Source: Octopus vulgaris
Taxonomy: Eukaryota
Assembly (NCBI GenBank): GCA_951406725.2
Contig: OX597820.1
Location: 124,682,001 to 124,746,000, forward strand
Direction of reading: 5' to 3'
Length of the DNA: 64,000 nt
This document shows, one piece after another, positions 1 through 13,665 of this stretch. The notes beneath the pieces are model-generated. The model did no database searches, had not been told where the DNA came from, and was given only the letters and a program-made list of their open reading frames with translations. Both the position numbers and the translations under genes were made by a program. Position 1 is the first letter of the stretch, and each line of letters opens with the position of its first letter.

Positions 1-354
1 ATTCGCAGCGGCCATCATATTTGTCTACACACATATACAGACACGGACATATGCAACAGAGTTAAACTCACATATCTGTATATGCATATATGTATATGTA
101 TAAACACACAAACACACATACACACCCACATATATATATAACATATATTTAGAGTGCGCGCGCGCAATTTCGGCCGTATGAGTCCATATTTGTTTCTATG
201 TTGTCCTTTTCCTTATTCGTACTACATTTATTTCGTTCTTCTGTATTATATTTATGTAACAAATACGAATATATATTAAAATATAAATATGTTTCATGTA
301 CATAAAAATGTTTATACATATATATATATATATATATATATATGAATACACACG

Positions 355-388
<34 letters not shown>

Positions 389-479
389 CTTTGAAATGTT
401 TTTTTATATAACTTTTCTAAGAAGATATATACGTGTCTCTGCATATTTAAAGCAATCTCGACACATATGGACACATTGT

Positions 480-705
480 GGAGGCGCAATGGCCTAGTGG
501 TTAGGGCAGCGGACTTGCGGTCGGAGGATCGCGGTTTCGATTCCCAGACCGGGCGTTGTGTGTGTTTATTGAGCGAAAACACCTAAAAGCTCCACGAGGC
601 TCCGGCAGGAGGTGGTGATCCCTGCTGTACTCAAAAGGCGGTGCTCCAGCATGGCCGCAGTCAAATGACTGAAACAAGTACAAAAAAAAAACAAAAAAAA
701 AAAAA
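480..705 (+). mobile_element. tRNA-derived SINE, head type A, with LINE-like 3' tail and poly(A)
   Basis: A-box-like TGGCCTAGTGG and B-box-like GTTTCGATTCC. Head is near-identical to 55604 and 56759. Tail GGCGGTGCTCCAGCATGGCCGCAGTCAAATGACTGAAAC (637-675) is followed by an A-rich run. Confidence 0.85.
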
Positions 706-847
706 CATATATTATGATCATGAATTTACTCTTGCATTTGCATTTTCTTTCTGTGCATGTAATGGAGTCTCATCACTATATGCATACGAACAAATGTGCG
801 CACATGTGTAGGTCAAACTTGCACAGACACAAATAGGTATATATGTT

Positions 848-945
848 CAGGCAGAGCCGTGGCTGTGACTTTGCTTCTTAAGCAAGCGGCTTGGGAGTCA
901 GTCTCACTGAGGTTCCGCTTAGACAAGCATCTTCTCTTATAGCAC
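848..945 (+). mobile_element. 5' fragment of SINE family E
   Basis: Degenerate match to the head of 19113-19526 (gcag.g..gtggctgtg...gagtcagtctcactg...ttagacaagcatcttctcttatagc). Confidence 0.55.
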
Positions 946-1032
946 CAAGCTCCACCAAGCTCCACCAAGCTCAACAAATTGAAATTAAAAAAATATCTGG
1001 TGCCTCAACTTAAGTACCATAATCATCATCTC

Positions 1033-1173
<141 letters not shown>

Positions 1174-1174
1174 G

Positions 1175-1455
1175 GAGCACTCCGTCGGTTACGATGATGA
1201 GGGTCCTGATACGATCAACGGAACAGCCTCCTTGTGAAATTAGCGTGCATATGACTGAGCAATAAGCAGCGTGACACACAGTGTGACAGGGACGGCCCTT
1301 TTAAATACAGTTACAATTCATTTTTGCCAGCTGAGTGGATTGGAGCAACGGGAAATAAAGTGTCTTGCTCAAGGACACAACGCGTCGCCGGGAATCAAAC
1401 TCATGACCTTACTATTGTGAGCCGAATGCCCTAACCAATAAGCCGCGCGCCTTCA
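1175..1455 (-). mobile_element. tRNA-derived SINE, head type B, with tail shared with the 55604 SINE
   Basis: Minus strand reads GGCTTATTGGTTAGGG...GAGTTTGATTCCC, then GCGTTGTGTCCTTGAGCAAGACACTTT. The 3' part (GGCTGTTCCGTTGATC...CATCGTAACCGACGGAGTGCTC) matches 55926-55983. Confidence 0.85.
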
Positions 1456-1661
1456 CACACACACACATATATATATACACACACATATACATATATATAC
1501 AAGAACACACACTCATATATGTATATATATATATATATATATGCGTATGTGAGTAAGAAAAAATAATAACCTTGTATATATTATCAAATATATACCCTCA
1601 AATATAATCGTTTATTTACACATATGTTTACAATTAGATACACACCCACAAGCACACATAT

Positions 1662-1709
<48 letters not shown>

Positions 1710-1713
1710 GTGC

Positions 1714-1767
<54 letters not shown>

Positions 1768-2786
1768 TGTGTGTGTGTGTCCATATATTCTAACGTAAAT
1801 AACCTGCGGTCTGCTTTTTATATCTAATTGTTTCTCTGCATTTACTTGAACTTCGCGAAAGTAATTTTGACATATTTATTATTGATCGATTGTTACATTG
1901 TTATAATAACCTGATGGCATCGTAAAACTGATGACATCTCAAACTAATATATCTGAATTCACCTGTACTGAGACAGTTACTAGATTACTTTCGTTGATGT
2001 TTCATTTTTGAATGTAGACATAAAAGATTAACCATGATATACTTCCATATATCCCTGATTCATGTGTAATATTTGATTTCATCTTGTTTCCATTTATGAT
2101 AGAGTCTAGAAAGAAAAAACATTATTTGTGTTATGCAGCATTCAAGAAGAGATAATGGCTGTTCATGCTATATAGATGACAGTCCATGATTACGAGATTT
2201 AGGTACTCTTGATAAGCACAAGATAAACGACTTCGACATGAACTTCTCAGGTCATCGGGCCTAACAAGCCATTAATTCTCTACCATATAATTTTTAGGCT
2301 TGTCATCTTGTATACTACAATCACACTTGACAGATCGTGCGTTCAGATACACTGTGGGTATTTCTATATATTTCTATATATGGTAGCCGAACAAAATTAT
2401 GCATTGAGTAAAAACGTGTATTTGGAAAACTGTGTCAGTGAAAGCGTATTCTAGAGAAGACTAAACTTCATAGGTCGTAAATTCTAGTTAACGTTCATGT
2501 GTAAGTAAAAAATGTTTCGAGTTAATTTGTATTATCGTTTAAGCAGTTTAGTTTAAGAATGAGTTGTACATACATACATACATACATATTCATACAAACG
2601 TACACACACAAATACAGAAATGCATACATACATATGTACCTGCATACTTACGTTTCACTTTAGTTTTCTCCCCGAAGCCAGTAGCAAAGTTTTCTGGAAA
2701 ATTAGCAAATACTGTATAGTAGTTAGTTTATAACTTAACTAGATTCAATTGGGAGATTTAGAAAATAAAATGAACTTATGTATATA

Positions 2787-2854
<68 letters not shown>

Positions 2855-5325
2855 TTGATAGATAGTTAGATGAATTGATAGAAAGAGAGCCAGAGAAACA
2901 GATGAATATATATATATGTATATGTATATATACACATAAACATAAATATATATATAAATATATATAAATATAAATATATATATAAGTGTATAAATATTTA
3001 CACACACATACACACGCACACATACACACACACTCATATATATATATATCTGCTTATATAAAATCATAATTTGTGAAACGGCTGGTTATTTAATATTTCT
3101 TATGAATATATTATTTATTTGCCCTATTGTATAAGCAAATTAACTGTGTTCAACTTTTCAGTTTGCAGACATGATGTAAGATCGCTTAAAACCGACTCGT
3201 CGGCGCTAGTTTCATTCCACATTCAATTACTTTTAATGTATTTTGGAAAAGAATGAACATTACAAAATCTCAATTTGTTTCTCTAATTATATCGACCTTT
3301 TATGTCTCGTGAAATAGAATGCAACATTCAGACTGCAGGCGTCTTTCTTCCTGCGTACTTATGTATGCGATTTAATGTGATTTTGTGTACGTGCGATTTC
3401 CCGTCAACATTTGAATGGAATGTGAGATTTAATGAAAAAGAAAATCAATTAGCGTCAAAGCAAAACGACAGTAACAAAAAGCACCTCATACAAAGTACAA
3501 ATAAGTTTACAAGGAGAAAATAACTTACACAGATTAATATAAAAAGCAAAATATTATATAAACTCTTAGAAAGGGACTAAAATACAATAACAATCTAATT
3601 TGTACAAACATTAATACTCCTATGAATGATTAGTAAGAAATGACTTTTCAATGTTTGTATATCATTTACGAATTGATATGAAAACTGGACTACAGAAATA
3701 TAACTAACACTTATAAGTATAAAATTAATGCCTACATCAACGACTCTGTTAAATCTAAGGTGAGGATATGATAAATCTATATCATAATTATACGAGTATG
3801 ATCAATAAATCTAAAATCAACCAATTTGATACATTACACGCAGCCATCATACGATAGATTTATAGCGAAAACATTTAAATAGATTATAAGACAAATAACA
3901 TTGTATGTAGCAACATCAACAACGTCCAGGACAGCCCATTTAATTGTCATTTTCTCCTCAAGTCTCAGCGAGCAGAGTAAAATAACAGTAGAGAATAGGA
4001 CCACAGAGAATTTGCGATATGAAATCCAAGGAACATTATTGTATTTGTTATACCTGGAGCATCTTTGAGCGTAGTGCTGCTCGATCATCCTTGAAGTATA
4101 TGTAAGTAATTAAAAAAAACTATATGATGTTAATATTTATACTGCCGCTTCATTAACAGAAGGCAATAAGGGTCGTGATCTGAAAAGGGCACAAAACAGA
4201 ACATAGGACAAATATATCAAAGAAAGTTCATTCTACATAAACTAACTATGCATTCGTGACATAAATATGCATGTCAGTGTGCAGGTAGAGTGTGATTAAT
4301 GAGGTCCTCATTAGTTAAATGTTCAACGTATTCACTTTAGAATATTGACAGCAAACTTAAAGGTCGCCGAAAGTATGTAATAATCATATACACTTCCCCC
4401 CCCCCCCAGAAAGACCGAGAGGCTCCAACCTAATTTTCTCTGAACATTGCACCATATATTTCTTTCTGTACTTCCACTTTAGTCAGAAGTTGTACTTATT
4501 GATAGCACTTTCCATGGAACATAAATTTTCCTCGCACAAATACACAAGCACAAGCACACATACACATACACAGTGTCTCTCTCTCTCACACACACACGTC
4601 TAAGTACATATTTGATAAGAAGACAGCTGATTTGCAGAAGAGAAAGATTTGAGTCCCTTGACTGACCGCATTGCTGTTTTCTATCAGCTCTATTGAGAAG
4701 ACGTAACCTCCTTCATTATGTAATGAAAAACACAGATTATTTGTTTATAAATAATTCATGAATTATACTAGCAACATTGTAGATAGCCTGACTTTCATAT
4801 TTGTACATTTGACAGCTCGTCATTAATCGAAAATTATCGATTTATTCGCAACATGCCCCATATTAGAATTAAAATGTGTCAAAATATTAGAATGCTTCAA
4901 TGCGAGTTGGATGAAACGAAAAATGTAAACAAACATTCCTATGCTTCTAATGTGCACAAAGTCGTGTTCTGATTGATAAATCCACGCTCCTCAGAGAGAC
5001 TTTCAATGTTTTCTATCACAACCAACAGCATAGAAAATGAAGGGAGTATTTCAATCCTATTTATTTATCTAAGACTTAATTTCACTTGTTGAACGTTGTA
5101 ACATATTTAATTTTTATTTTGATATAAGTTAGGAGTCTTCAGCTGTAGAAGATAGATTGGAATTTTTTTTATTAAAACACTGAAGCTTAGATTTTGTCTC
5201 CCGACTCGTGTTTCAGTAGAATATGAGTTGTAAATCTTATTAAGAAAGAAATCACACAGTAACACATAGACACACGTATATAAACATGTGTATATATATG
5301 TATACACATGTCAATATTTATGCAT

Positions 5326-5536
5326 GCGCGAACTGGCAGGAACGTTAGCTCGCCGGGCGAAATGCGTAGCCGTATTTCGTCTGCCGGTACGTTCTGAGTT
5401 CGAATTTGCCTTTCATCCTTTCGGGGTCGATAAATGAAATACCAGTTACGCACTGGGGTCGATGTGATCGACTTAATCTGTTTGTCTGTCCTTGTTTGTC
5501 CCTTCTATGTTTAACCCCTTGTGGGTAATAAAGAAA
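5326..5536 (+). mobile_element. SINE family D
   Basis: CTGGCAG.AACGTTAGC...GTTCGAAT, core GCCTTTCATCCTTTCGGGGTCGATAAA, tail CCCCTTGTGGGTAATAAAGAAA. Highly similar to 61260-61478. Confidence 0.85.
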
Positions 5537-5672
5537 CAAATATTCATGCATGCGCTCATATTATTACATAGGTATATATATATGAGTATGTACATATACT
5601 GAAACTTATATGCGTATATATATATGTACGTTTTATAGATATATACATATATATACATATGTATATGTAAAC

Positions 5673-5735
<63 letters not shown>

Positions 5736-5762
5736 TTTGCATATATATACTTATATATATAC

Positions 5763-5809
<47 letters not shown>

Positions 5810-6509
5810 AGAGAGAGAGAGAGAGAGACAAACAGACATACAGACAAACACATATACGCGTGTATGCGGGCGTGTGGTTGTATCTATAAATTAGACGCCC
5901 ATGAACACGATGATATGGTCTGAGAAATGTAAGTGCTGTACATCGTGTTAGAAATTAATTGTATCCATAAAGAATGAATAAAAGGTATGAATAAGAGGTA
6001 TGAACGAAAATAAGAATTCTGAAACGCAACATCGCAAGAAGGTGTGCATATTCATCTAACATTGACTTTCCATCTTTTCTAGATATTTCTGACACCATAC
6101 GCTTCTTCAAGTACCTTAGCGAGTTTCATGTATATAATGAAGCTTTACTGTAAATAGGAAATGACCACGAAGTAATGGTTAGAAAGTGATCGTTCCCATC
6201 AAATGGGATGAAGTAATCGTGTTTATATAGCAAGTAAAAAGTATTTTCTTCCAGAAAATCTAGATTGATCTACTTCGAAATACTTTAAGTTAGAATACTG
6301 AAAATACTAATGACATTATATACGGCTACTAAAGTATCATAAACGGAACATTTAATCGTAACATGTATTCAGTGAGTGACTGTGGTCTACAAGCGATTAA
6401 GTGGAAAATTTGGATATCGAATATACATATATTAAAGAAAATATGTCTAACCTCCGATAATACGGCCAAATAGCAATGACAAGAATAGAGAAGTGACATA
6501 TAGGAATTT

Positions 6510-7180
6510 GTATCATTACCAAGAGGATGCCGATAATGATGATGTTACTGCTTCTGATGCTGTTGCTGCTGTTTCAGCTGCTGTTGCTATTGTTGCCGCT
6601 GGTTGTGGTGGTGGTGCTGGTGCTGATGATGTTTATGATAACGACGATTATGAAGATGGCGATGATGTCGACGAAGACGATGCTGATAATGATGATGAGG
6701 ATGATGAAGATTTGAAAGCAAGAGGCGATTATTGTAACGATCAAGTTCGTCTTAATTGTTGTCACAAATAATCTGTTCGGTCGTAAATATAATTACCGTA
6801 ATCGCAATAGTGACTTTTGTTAATGATGATGCTGGTTTCAATATTAATGATAATGTCTATAACCATGATGACGACGATGACGATAATGAAAACCATCTTG
6901 ATGATGGTCGAGTTATTGATGATCGCCATACTAGCGACTGTGATGGTGAAGACGACGAAGATATGAGGATCATTCTTGATAATAATCATACACTTGATTA
7001 TTATCATGTTCATCAGGTTGACGATGGAGCAGGTGATATAGGACTTCACAACCATCAACACCAGCTCAAGCACTAAAAGTGGTGGTGGAGTGAGTGATAC
7101 GACGTAAATCAACTGTCTCACTATAAACGGTTTTTGTTATAATGTAGATAAGGATGATGTTGATGATGACGATGGGAAAT
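6510..7180. repeat. degenerate (GAT/GAC/GCT)n low-complexity tract
   Basis: Eroded trinucleotide periodicity producing poly-Asp/Ala-like pseudo-ORFs interrupted by stops. Confidence 0.75.
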
Positions 7181-7789
7181 CTGATTTTATGTAGAACAAT
7201 TAGGTATCATTAATGCTAAAAATTGATAAGAAATATAACGGATTGATCCATAAAGATTCGAAGAATGGGAAAGAATGACAGTAACGGGAACTTCATTTTC
7301 ATATTCCAGTACTGACAACAGCACTAGCTGCATAATTTTCTCGCCCACGCAAAACGTAAACACATACGTACACATAAATGGGACCACATATATAGACACA
7401 TACATGCCCCCTCTACGAAAAATATACATTCACACACAAACGTGCATGCTAACATTCTCCAACAAACACGCACTCATTGCCTGAAAAAGGAAAATGCTGA
7501 TGTAAAAGAGTTCATAATAATTAATGCTGTTGAATGTATTCTTCATTATATGACATTATTCATCTCATTCATCAGTTCCTTCTAAGCTTAAAAGCCATTG
7601 CAAGAAAGATTTAAGAAAACATTGGAATAAAAAAATAAGGCAAAAGTAAAAAAAAATACAAGAAAATTAATACCATATATTCAAAAGGATCTGCTGAAAC
7701 TTTTGGCAAATCTCGTTGGCAATGTTTTCTTTATATTCAACGTTCAGCTATGCAAAGTAGAAAAGCATGTCATATATATATAAACATAA

Positions 7790-8080
7790 AATTAGGAGGG
7801 ACAAAGAAGAGTACCTTATAATCGACGTGGCAGTGCCATGATCAATACATTATAATTAAAAAAGAGAAAAGATTGTTAAATATGGGAACCTGAAAATTGA
7901 GATCGCCAAGATGTGGCAGCTACTAAAGTCAAATATAAAGATTGTCATCGGAGCATTGGGTTCAATAACATCCAATTTGAAGAAACATCAGTAAACATTA
8001 GAAATACGCCACAATCTAGGGGCATTGCAAATATCGGCATTACTTGGAACTGCACGAATACTTGGTACTGCACGCTTATA
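7790..8080 (+). mobile_element. 3' fragment of R4/Dong-type RLE non-LTR retrotransposon
   Basis: Frameshifted translation IIDVAVP..EKIVKYGNLKIEIAKMWQL..IVIGALGSI..LQISALLGTARIL is an RLE C-terminus. Similar to 29340-29660 on minus. Confidence 0.75.
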
Positions 8081-8464
8081 AAATAGTAACAATTATGAAG
8101 ACGGAAAATTTTTAAGGGAATATAATCAATGAACCTTATATATTTTAGGCAAAATGGCACATCACCAGAAACAGACAGTCAAGAGATATTAGTCTATTTA
8201 GGTACTGGGCATATGGCCGGTGTCTAAATACGTGGGCCTATGTACTAAAAATATATAAAGTCTATGTAATATATATCTTCTTCGTAAGAAGCTTTCAGTT
8301 TTTACTGTTTTCACAATAGGAACTCTTTAATGCATCAATCAACATATAAAGCTCTTCTTATTCAGAGTTGTTTTTTTCGGATAAATGCATTTTACAAGCA
8401 TTATATAATTTAACCTAATAACTTAAATTAATTCTAACTTTTTAAGTGACAAATAAACAAACTC

Positions 8465-9709
8465 TCTATATATAAAACTGAGAATGTGTGTGTGTGTGTC
8501 TGTATGTCTGTGTGTTTCCCTAAAACTTGAGAACCACACAACCAATTTCATTCAAATTTTACACATGTCTTACTTAGGGTTCATGTAGTGTCATGGGCAA
8601 AAAGAAATGTTTAACTTCTTGCCTAGAGCGAGCCCACAGCAATATCATATCTTCTCGACTATTTTAGTATTACGTGTTAAAAGTGAAACAGAAACATCTC
8701 TCTATTGTATGTATATGGATGTATATATATATATTACAAAATATAAATTTATATCTTGAGATCGTTAGTGACAACAACGCTCAAAATATATAACAGACTC
8801 GAATAGTAGTGCTCAAATGAGCTGTATAAACCCGAGGGGAGGCAATGCAAGCAGCAACTACAAGAGCACTACAAAATCAACAGAAAAATCAAACACATAC
8901 ATATATTCATATATTCATTTATATCTACAGAACAGGCATAACGCCCGACGTTTAGAAATATATAGTAATATATAAATATATAAACCTCATATAAAATATA
9001 TATTGTACGCATAACATCCACTCGACGTTCCATAAGAAATTGAGAAATTATAATTGCAATAAAACTTAGAGGTAATAATAACAATTGAATTAAATATAGT
9101 AAATATGGTAAATAGTAATTAAAATAAAACTAAAGTATGGTAATTAAATCGTAATATAACAATTAAAAGAAAATTAGCAATTAGTATAAAATGTATCAAG
9201 GACTTGAACTCGAATATGTGGCTTTGCATGAATGGGAGAAATTAAAAGATGAAAAATTTAATTGAGTGCAGTAGTGAATTAGTCCAGATGGAACTGTGCG
9301 CATACCATTTGCTATACCTGCTAGATTGGATCATATGCTTATAAAGTAGCATTCAGTATCTATGAGAATTTTTGGGAGTACGTAATGTCTGGTCTTTCGC
9401 ATGTAGCCGGTATGCAATTGTGCATTTGTTTCCGGGTACTATGTGTTGTGTGTAAAAAACATCCTGACGAGGGGAGTGTCAATTTTAAATATATATGTTT
9501 CATATTAATTGGCGCGTCTCCGAAACGGCCCGTGGATGAACTTTTATGTATTTTTGTAAATTTGTATATTTATCTTCTACGTATTTTTCTCTGGAATTTT
9601 AATTCGTCTTTTTAATATGTCATTGTATGTTTTATTACACCAAATTTTTGATTTAAAAAATTTATGTAAACTAGCACTATAACCCGACAACGTCAGGTCA
9701 TAATGCTAG
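8465..9709 (+). mobile_element. non-autonomous Helitron-like element
   Basis: 5' TCTATATATAAAA followed by a (GT/GTCT)n tract and ACCAATTTCATTCAAATTTT. 3' hairpin ACCCGAC-AAC-GTCAGGT, then CTAG and a flanking T at 9710. Confidence 0.6.
9460..9538 (+). ncRNA. type I hammerhead ribozyme motif with long helix II and GUG triplet
   Basis: CAUC-CUGACGA-G-(GGAG UGUCAAUU...AAUUGGCG..CUCC)-GAAA-CG GCC CG-UG-GAUG. Helix I is CAUC/GAUG. Confidence 0.7.
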
Positions 9710-10444
9710 TAAAATCTAAAATTCTCGGACGATTTAATATTGCTCAAATTATTGACCTCCTAAATTTCCAGTTCTTTCCATAAAGTTAAAGGGAGCTGGC
9801 GTCATTGTAACGCAGGCCAATGGTCTTTATTCATAATAGAAAACAAACGTACACACACTACAAAACACACACACACGGAGTACAGAGATAAATATAAAAG
9901 GAATTTATGAGTTATGAGCTCCTAAACAAATATCTTATACACATAGTCAGTTCTCTTTTATACATGAGGAAACATTCGTACTTCTATAGCTGTTTCTATT
10001 TTCAAATACATGATCATGTTTGAAGTCTTCTTTGTTATTCGATGCTTGTATGTATTGCAAAAAATAATGTAACATACTGACGCCACTATGACAAATAAAT
10101 GTGAAAATGGAGAATACATACGCTCACAGTCTTACAACAACACGCGCAAATACACACAAAAACACAAACACTCATGCACGCACGCACGCGAACACACACA
10201 CGCGCGAGCAGAACTAAAACGTATTTGTAATTGCTTGAGCGTTACAATGGTGGATGTCTTAGTAAAAACAACGACTTTATGAAAACAGAAAAGAAGTAGT
10301 TTCTTCACTTTTGCTTCAACATCTCCGCCAGAGACTAAAACCTATTGAAACATCAAACTCGATAAAATGTCTCTCATTCATTATTTTGTTTATCATCCTA
10401 TACTTTTATGTTGGCGGCTTTTTAATGAGGCTGGTTAGTTGGTT

Positions 10445-10463
10445 ATATATATGTGTGTATACG

Positions 10464-10514
<51 letters not shown>

Positions 10515-10717
10515 GAGTTTGTGTATGTATATATATATATATATTTGTATGTATATATATATGTATGTATATATATATATATATATATATGTATACATAT
10601 GTATATATATATATATGCATGTATATATATATGTATATGTATGTATATGTATGTATATATATGTATATATATGTATGTATATATGTATATATATATGTAC
10701 ATATATGTATGTATATA

Positions 10718-10775
<58 letters not shown>
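10445..10775. repeat. (TA)n/(TATG)n compound microsatellite
   Basis: Directly visible; source of the overlapping YI-repeat pseudo-ORFs. Confidence 0.95.
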
Positions 10776-10776
<1 letters not shown>

Positions 10777-11580
10777 GTGCAAGTATGTATATGTGCGCGT
10801 TTGCATGAAGGATAAGTATATAGTATACGTATATAAATGCAATACAATAAAACATCACGCACGAGGCGAGATAATCAATAGACTATCGCAATCAAAACAT
10901 TCATATGTATAGAAATACTGTCGTTGTTTATGAACAAGTAGAAATTATGAATGAGATAGTCACATGGGGATCTATCTCGCACAATTTATGCCACACGTTT
11001 TTTTTTCTCTCCTTCGAACAGTGGTATTTTTGTTTCAATTTTTTTTTCAAAAATAAGTCTATATTGCTTGACAAACAAAGGTTTCTTTCCTTTATTCTTT
11101 GATTCTTTGCTTTCATTTTCCCCTACGTCACCTACTTCTAAGTCTTCTCCTCAATTCTTCCAGCTCTGCTTCTCTCTCTGTCTCTCATTCTCTCTCCTCT
11201 TCCTTCTCTTATTCCTCTCCTTCCTCCTTTCTTCTAATACTAATTCTTTTATCTTTATCTTTTCCCAACACTACTTCATTCGTTTCTGTGTTTCTCATGC
11301 ATTTTGTTTTGTACGTTCGTCATATTTTCTTTTCCCTCTGCCTACAACTTTTTTTACATTATGGAGAGAAGAACGGAAATATTCGCCTTTCTCAATTCCT
11401 TGTTTCTAACTTTGTATAAGATCGAAAGATGTATGTTTCACCATTCATTATATTAATGATCTCAACAATATTTGTTTTCATCAGCTTCTAAACTGACACG
11501 CTATAATACGTTTTATCACAGTATTTTCGTTTATGTATTTGTTTTGTAAGATTCTTGATGTGAAATCTTGCGTTGAAACA

Positions 11581-11840
11581 AATATTGTTATATTTCGAAA
11601 TTGTCAATATTTCTATCTTATAAGCACACGCACTATATACTCGTTCTTCTCTTCAGCTTTATTATTGTTCTTATTTTAGTGCTGTATATCTGACATCATT
11701 CGTGATACGTCTTGTAACTTCTTCAGCGATTCTCCATCATAGAGCTGAAGTGAGGAAAGAATATTGAGTGCGTATGCTTATTTAGTAAAAAAAAAAAGAA
11801 AAAGAAAAGAGAATGGCCATCCCAAATTATAACAACATTG
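11581..11840. mobile_element. degenerate fold-back (MITE-like) element
   Basis: Inverted similarity: ATAAGCACACGCACT (~11620) vs AGTGCGTATGCTTAT (~11768); CTTCAGCTTTAT vs ATAGAGCTGAAG; AATATTGTTATA vs TATAACAACATT. Confidence 0.45.
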
Positions 11841-11917
11841 TATTTTCGTATGTCATTTGTCCACTATATTTTAAGAACTTCCAGAAACGAAAGTGGGATA
11901 AATTATTAATAATCGCT

Positions 11918-12157
11918 TTAGGTTTTGGCACAAGTCCAGTAACTTCGACGGAAGGGGGAACTCGATTAATTAGAATATAAGGTAGCAAGAAATGGTGCTA
12001 AACCTTTGTTTCCGGCGAGGTGACGATTCTGCCAGCTCACCTAAATAGGTAAAGCACGAAAAGTAGAAATAAATAATGAAGGTCAAACATCAAGACGGAT
12101 GATTTACCCCTCAGCATTTTGCCCTGCGTGCTAACAGATCTGCCGGTTCACCACCTT
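11918..12157 (-). mobile_element. degraded SINE family D pieces
   Basis: Plus-strand motifs TTGGCACAAG, GACGATTCTGCCAGCTC and GCATTTTGCCCTGCGTGCTAAC resemble 27983-28190. Confidence 0.5.
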
Positions 12158-12451
12158 TTAATTGATTGATAATAAGTATGATTAAGTATAAGAATTAGAA
12201 ATGGTTAAATATTATCGTCAATAAAATTTAGAACATATCTTTATAATTAGCTTATAGTTCTAGTTCAGGGGCAAAGTTCCATACTATCTTACAGCATAAA
12301 ATAAACATCTTAACATAGAACACCCTCATTATTTACTAGGTTAGTAAAATCAGGTTAGGTACTTATTATGCACAGTTATTGAGTCGGAATTGATTAAGTT
12401 TTGAAATTTTTCATGATAGTCAACCATATTTATTTAATGAACAATCTATCA

Positions 12452-12633
12452 ATTACAGTTCTATATTTAAGAGATGAGGAATTATGCACTTTATTTACAT
12501 TATTTTCATTTGACGGATATTTGTCCTCATCTTTGTTGTTAACAGAGCGTTTCGGCTGATATATCCTCCAGCCTTCATCAGGTGTCTTTGGGAAATTTCG
12601 AACCTGGGTTCTCCTTCCTAAGGTATTATTCAA

Positions 12634-12635
<2 letters not shown>
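12452..12635 (-). mobile_element. HHR-bearing repeat segment, probable 3' half of a tRNA-headed SINE
   Basis: Contains the HHR at 12541-12586. Same strand as the tRNA-like head at 13303-13372, separated from it by (AAT)n and an inserted element. Confidence 0.6.
12541..12586 (-). ncRNA. minimal type I hammerhead ribozyme motif with mutated cleavage triplet
   Basis: GACAC-CUGAUGA-A-GGCUG(GAGGAUAUAU)CAGCC-GAAA-C-GCU-CUGUU. Core is intact, but U16.1 appears as C and the first helix I pair is mismatched. Confidence 0.7.

Positions 12636-12713
<78 letters not shown>
12636..12713. repeat. (TTA)n microsatellite
   Basis: Directly visible. Confidence 0.95.
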
Positions 12714-13200
12714 GTAAGTGAGACAGCAGTACATGCCAACAAAGTGACACTGGGGTAAAATATACGAAGCCCAGTATACCCATCATAACCACCCGTCTGA
12801 TAAATGTACACTAGGCTCATGCATCACCACCATGTGTACCGTTACATGGTAATCTCATATCAAGATAACCAGCACATGACCTTGCAGGTGGGGGCCAAGA
12901 TAAAATTATCTTCCGGCCGAGTAGCCCATCCCGATAAAAAGGTCCCTGTATTAAGGTTGTTTAAGGATGTTGAACGAAACACCCATGTTTCCAGAATGAA
13001 TTATTTAAACCTCAAATAATACCTCTCAATACATGGATATGATGCTCCCCCACTACTTCTGCTTTTGATCAGAGATGTACATGTCGTCAGCCACTAAGTG
13101 ACATGCTCAACTGGTTAAGGTCAAGAAACCGACAAGCAAATCTGTGATATTGAGCAGGATATCTCCTGTAGCCCATCTTTTATACCAAGACAAAACAATG
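12714..13200 (-). mobile_element. ~490-bp non-coding interspersed repeat F, embedded in (TAA)n
   Basis: Colinear with 32655-33152 (AAAAGGTCCCTG, GTCAGCCACTAAG.ACATGCTCAACT, ACAAGCAAATCTGTG.TATTGAGC, TGTAGCCCATCTTTTATA). Flanked by (TTA)n on both sides. Strand is inferred. Confidence 0.8.
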
Positions 13201-13203
13201 TTG

Positions 13204-13372
<169 letters not shown>

Positions 13373-13451
13373 TTTTGCATTTACAATAAAATAAAGATAT
13401 ACAAATTGTAAAAATAATAAAAAAACATATACAGTACAGTATCGTTTCTAC

Positions 13452-13522
13452 TTCGTGGATTTTTACCTATAGCGGAGTGGGGGTTGGAATGTATCACCAG
13501 CGATAGTCGAGGGATTACTGTA
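13452..13522. mobile_element. terminal fragment of a pogo/Tigger-like DNA transposon or MITE
   Basis: Ends ...CGATAGTCGAGGGATTACTG-TA, i.e. a TIR CAGTAATCCCTCG next to TA. The other end was not found. Confidence 0.45.
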
Positions 13523-13630
13523 GAGACTTTTAATGTCAAGAGTCAATAGAAGTTGAGAGTGTCCTGGGGGAACGGAGAACGACTTAAACACAAAGAAAGC
13601 ATGACTGCTGTCGTGGATGAGAGAGAGAGA

Positions 13631-13665
<35 letters not shown>

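Noticed and set aside
480-555. Possible tRNA gene (also 13303, 27081, 55604)
   Set aside because: No proper acceptor stem pairing, and each continues into repeat body sequence, so these are SINE heads.
944-972. CACCAAGCTC x3 and other short direct repeats as a CRISPR-like array
   Set aside because: Contiguous tandem repeats with no spacers and no cas genes, in a eukaryotic context.
3150-3182. Possible microexon (ttttcagtttgcag-ACATGAT-gtaag)
   Set aside because: Splice-like motifs are common by chance, and there is no transcript or conservation evidence.
3950-4110. Possible exon ending at gtaagt
   Set aside because: Stop codons in all three plus-strand frames.
6493-7121. Acidic Asp-rich ORFs
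   Set aside because: Explained by an eroded (GAT)n tract, with stops and frame changes and no domain or clear splice structure.
8940-8995. Second hammerhead relic inside the Helitron (minus, UAAACGUC)
   Set aside because: Both core halves are mutated and no helix I partner is present.
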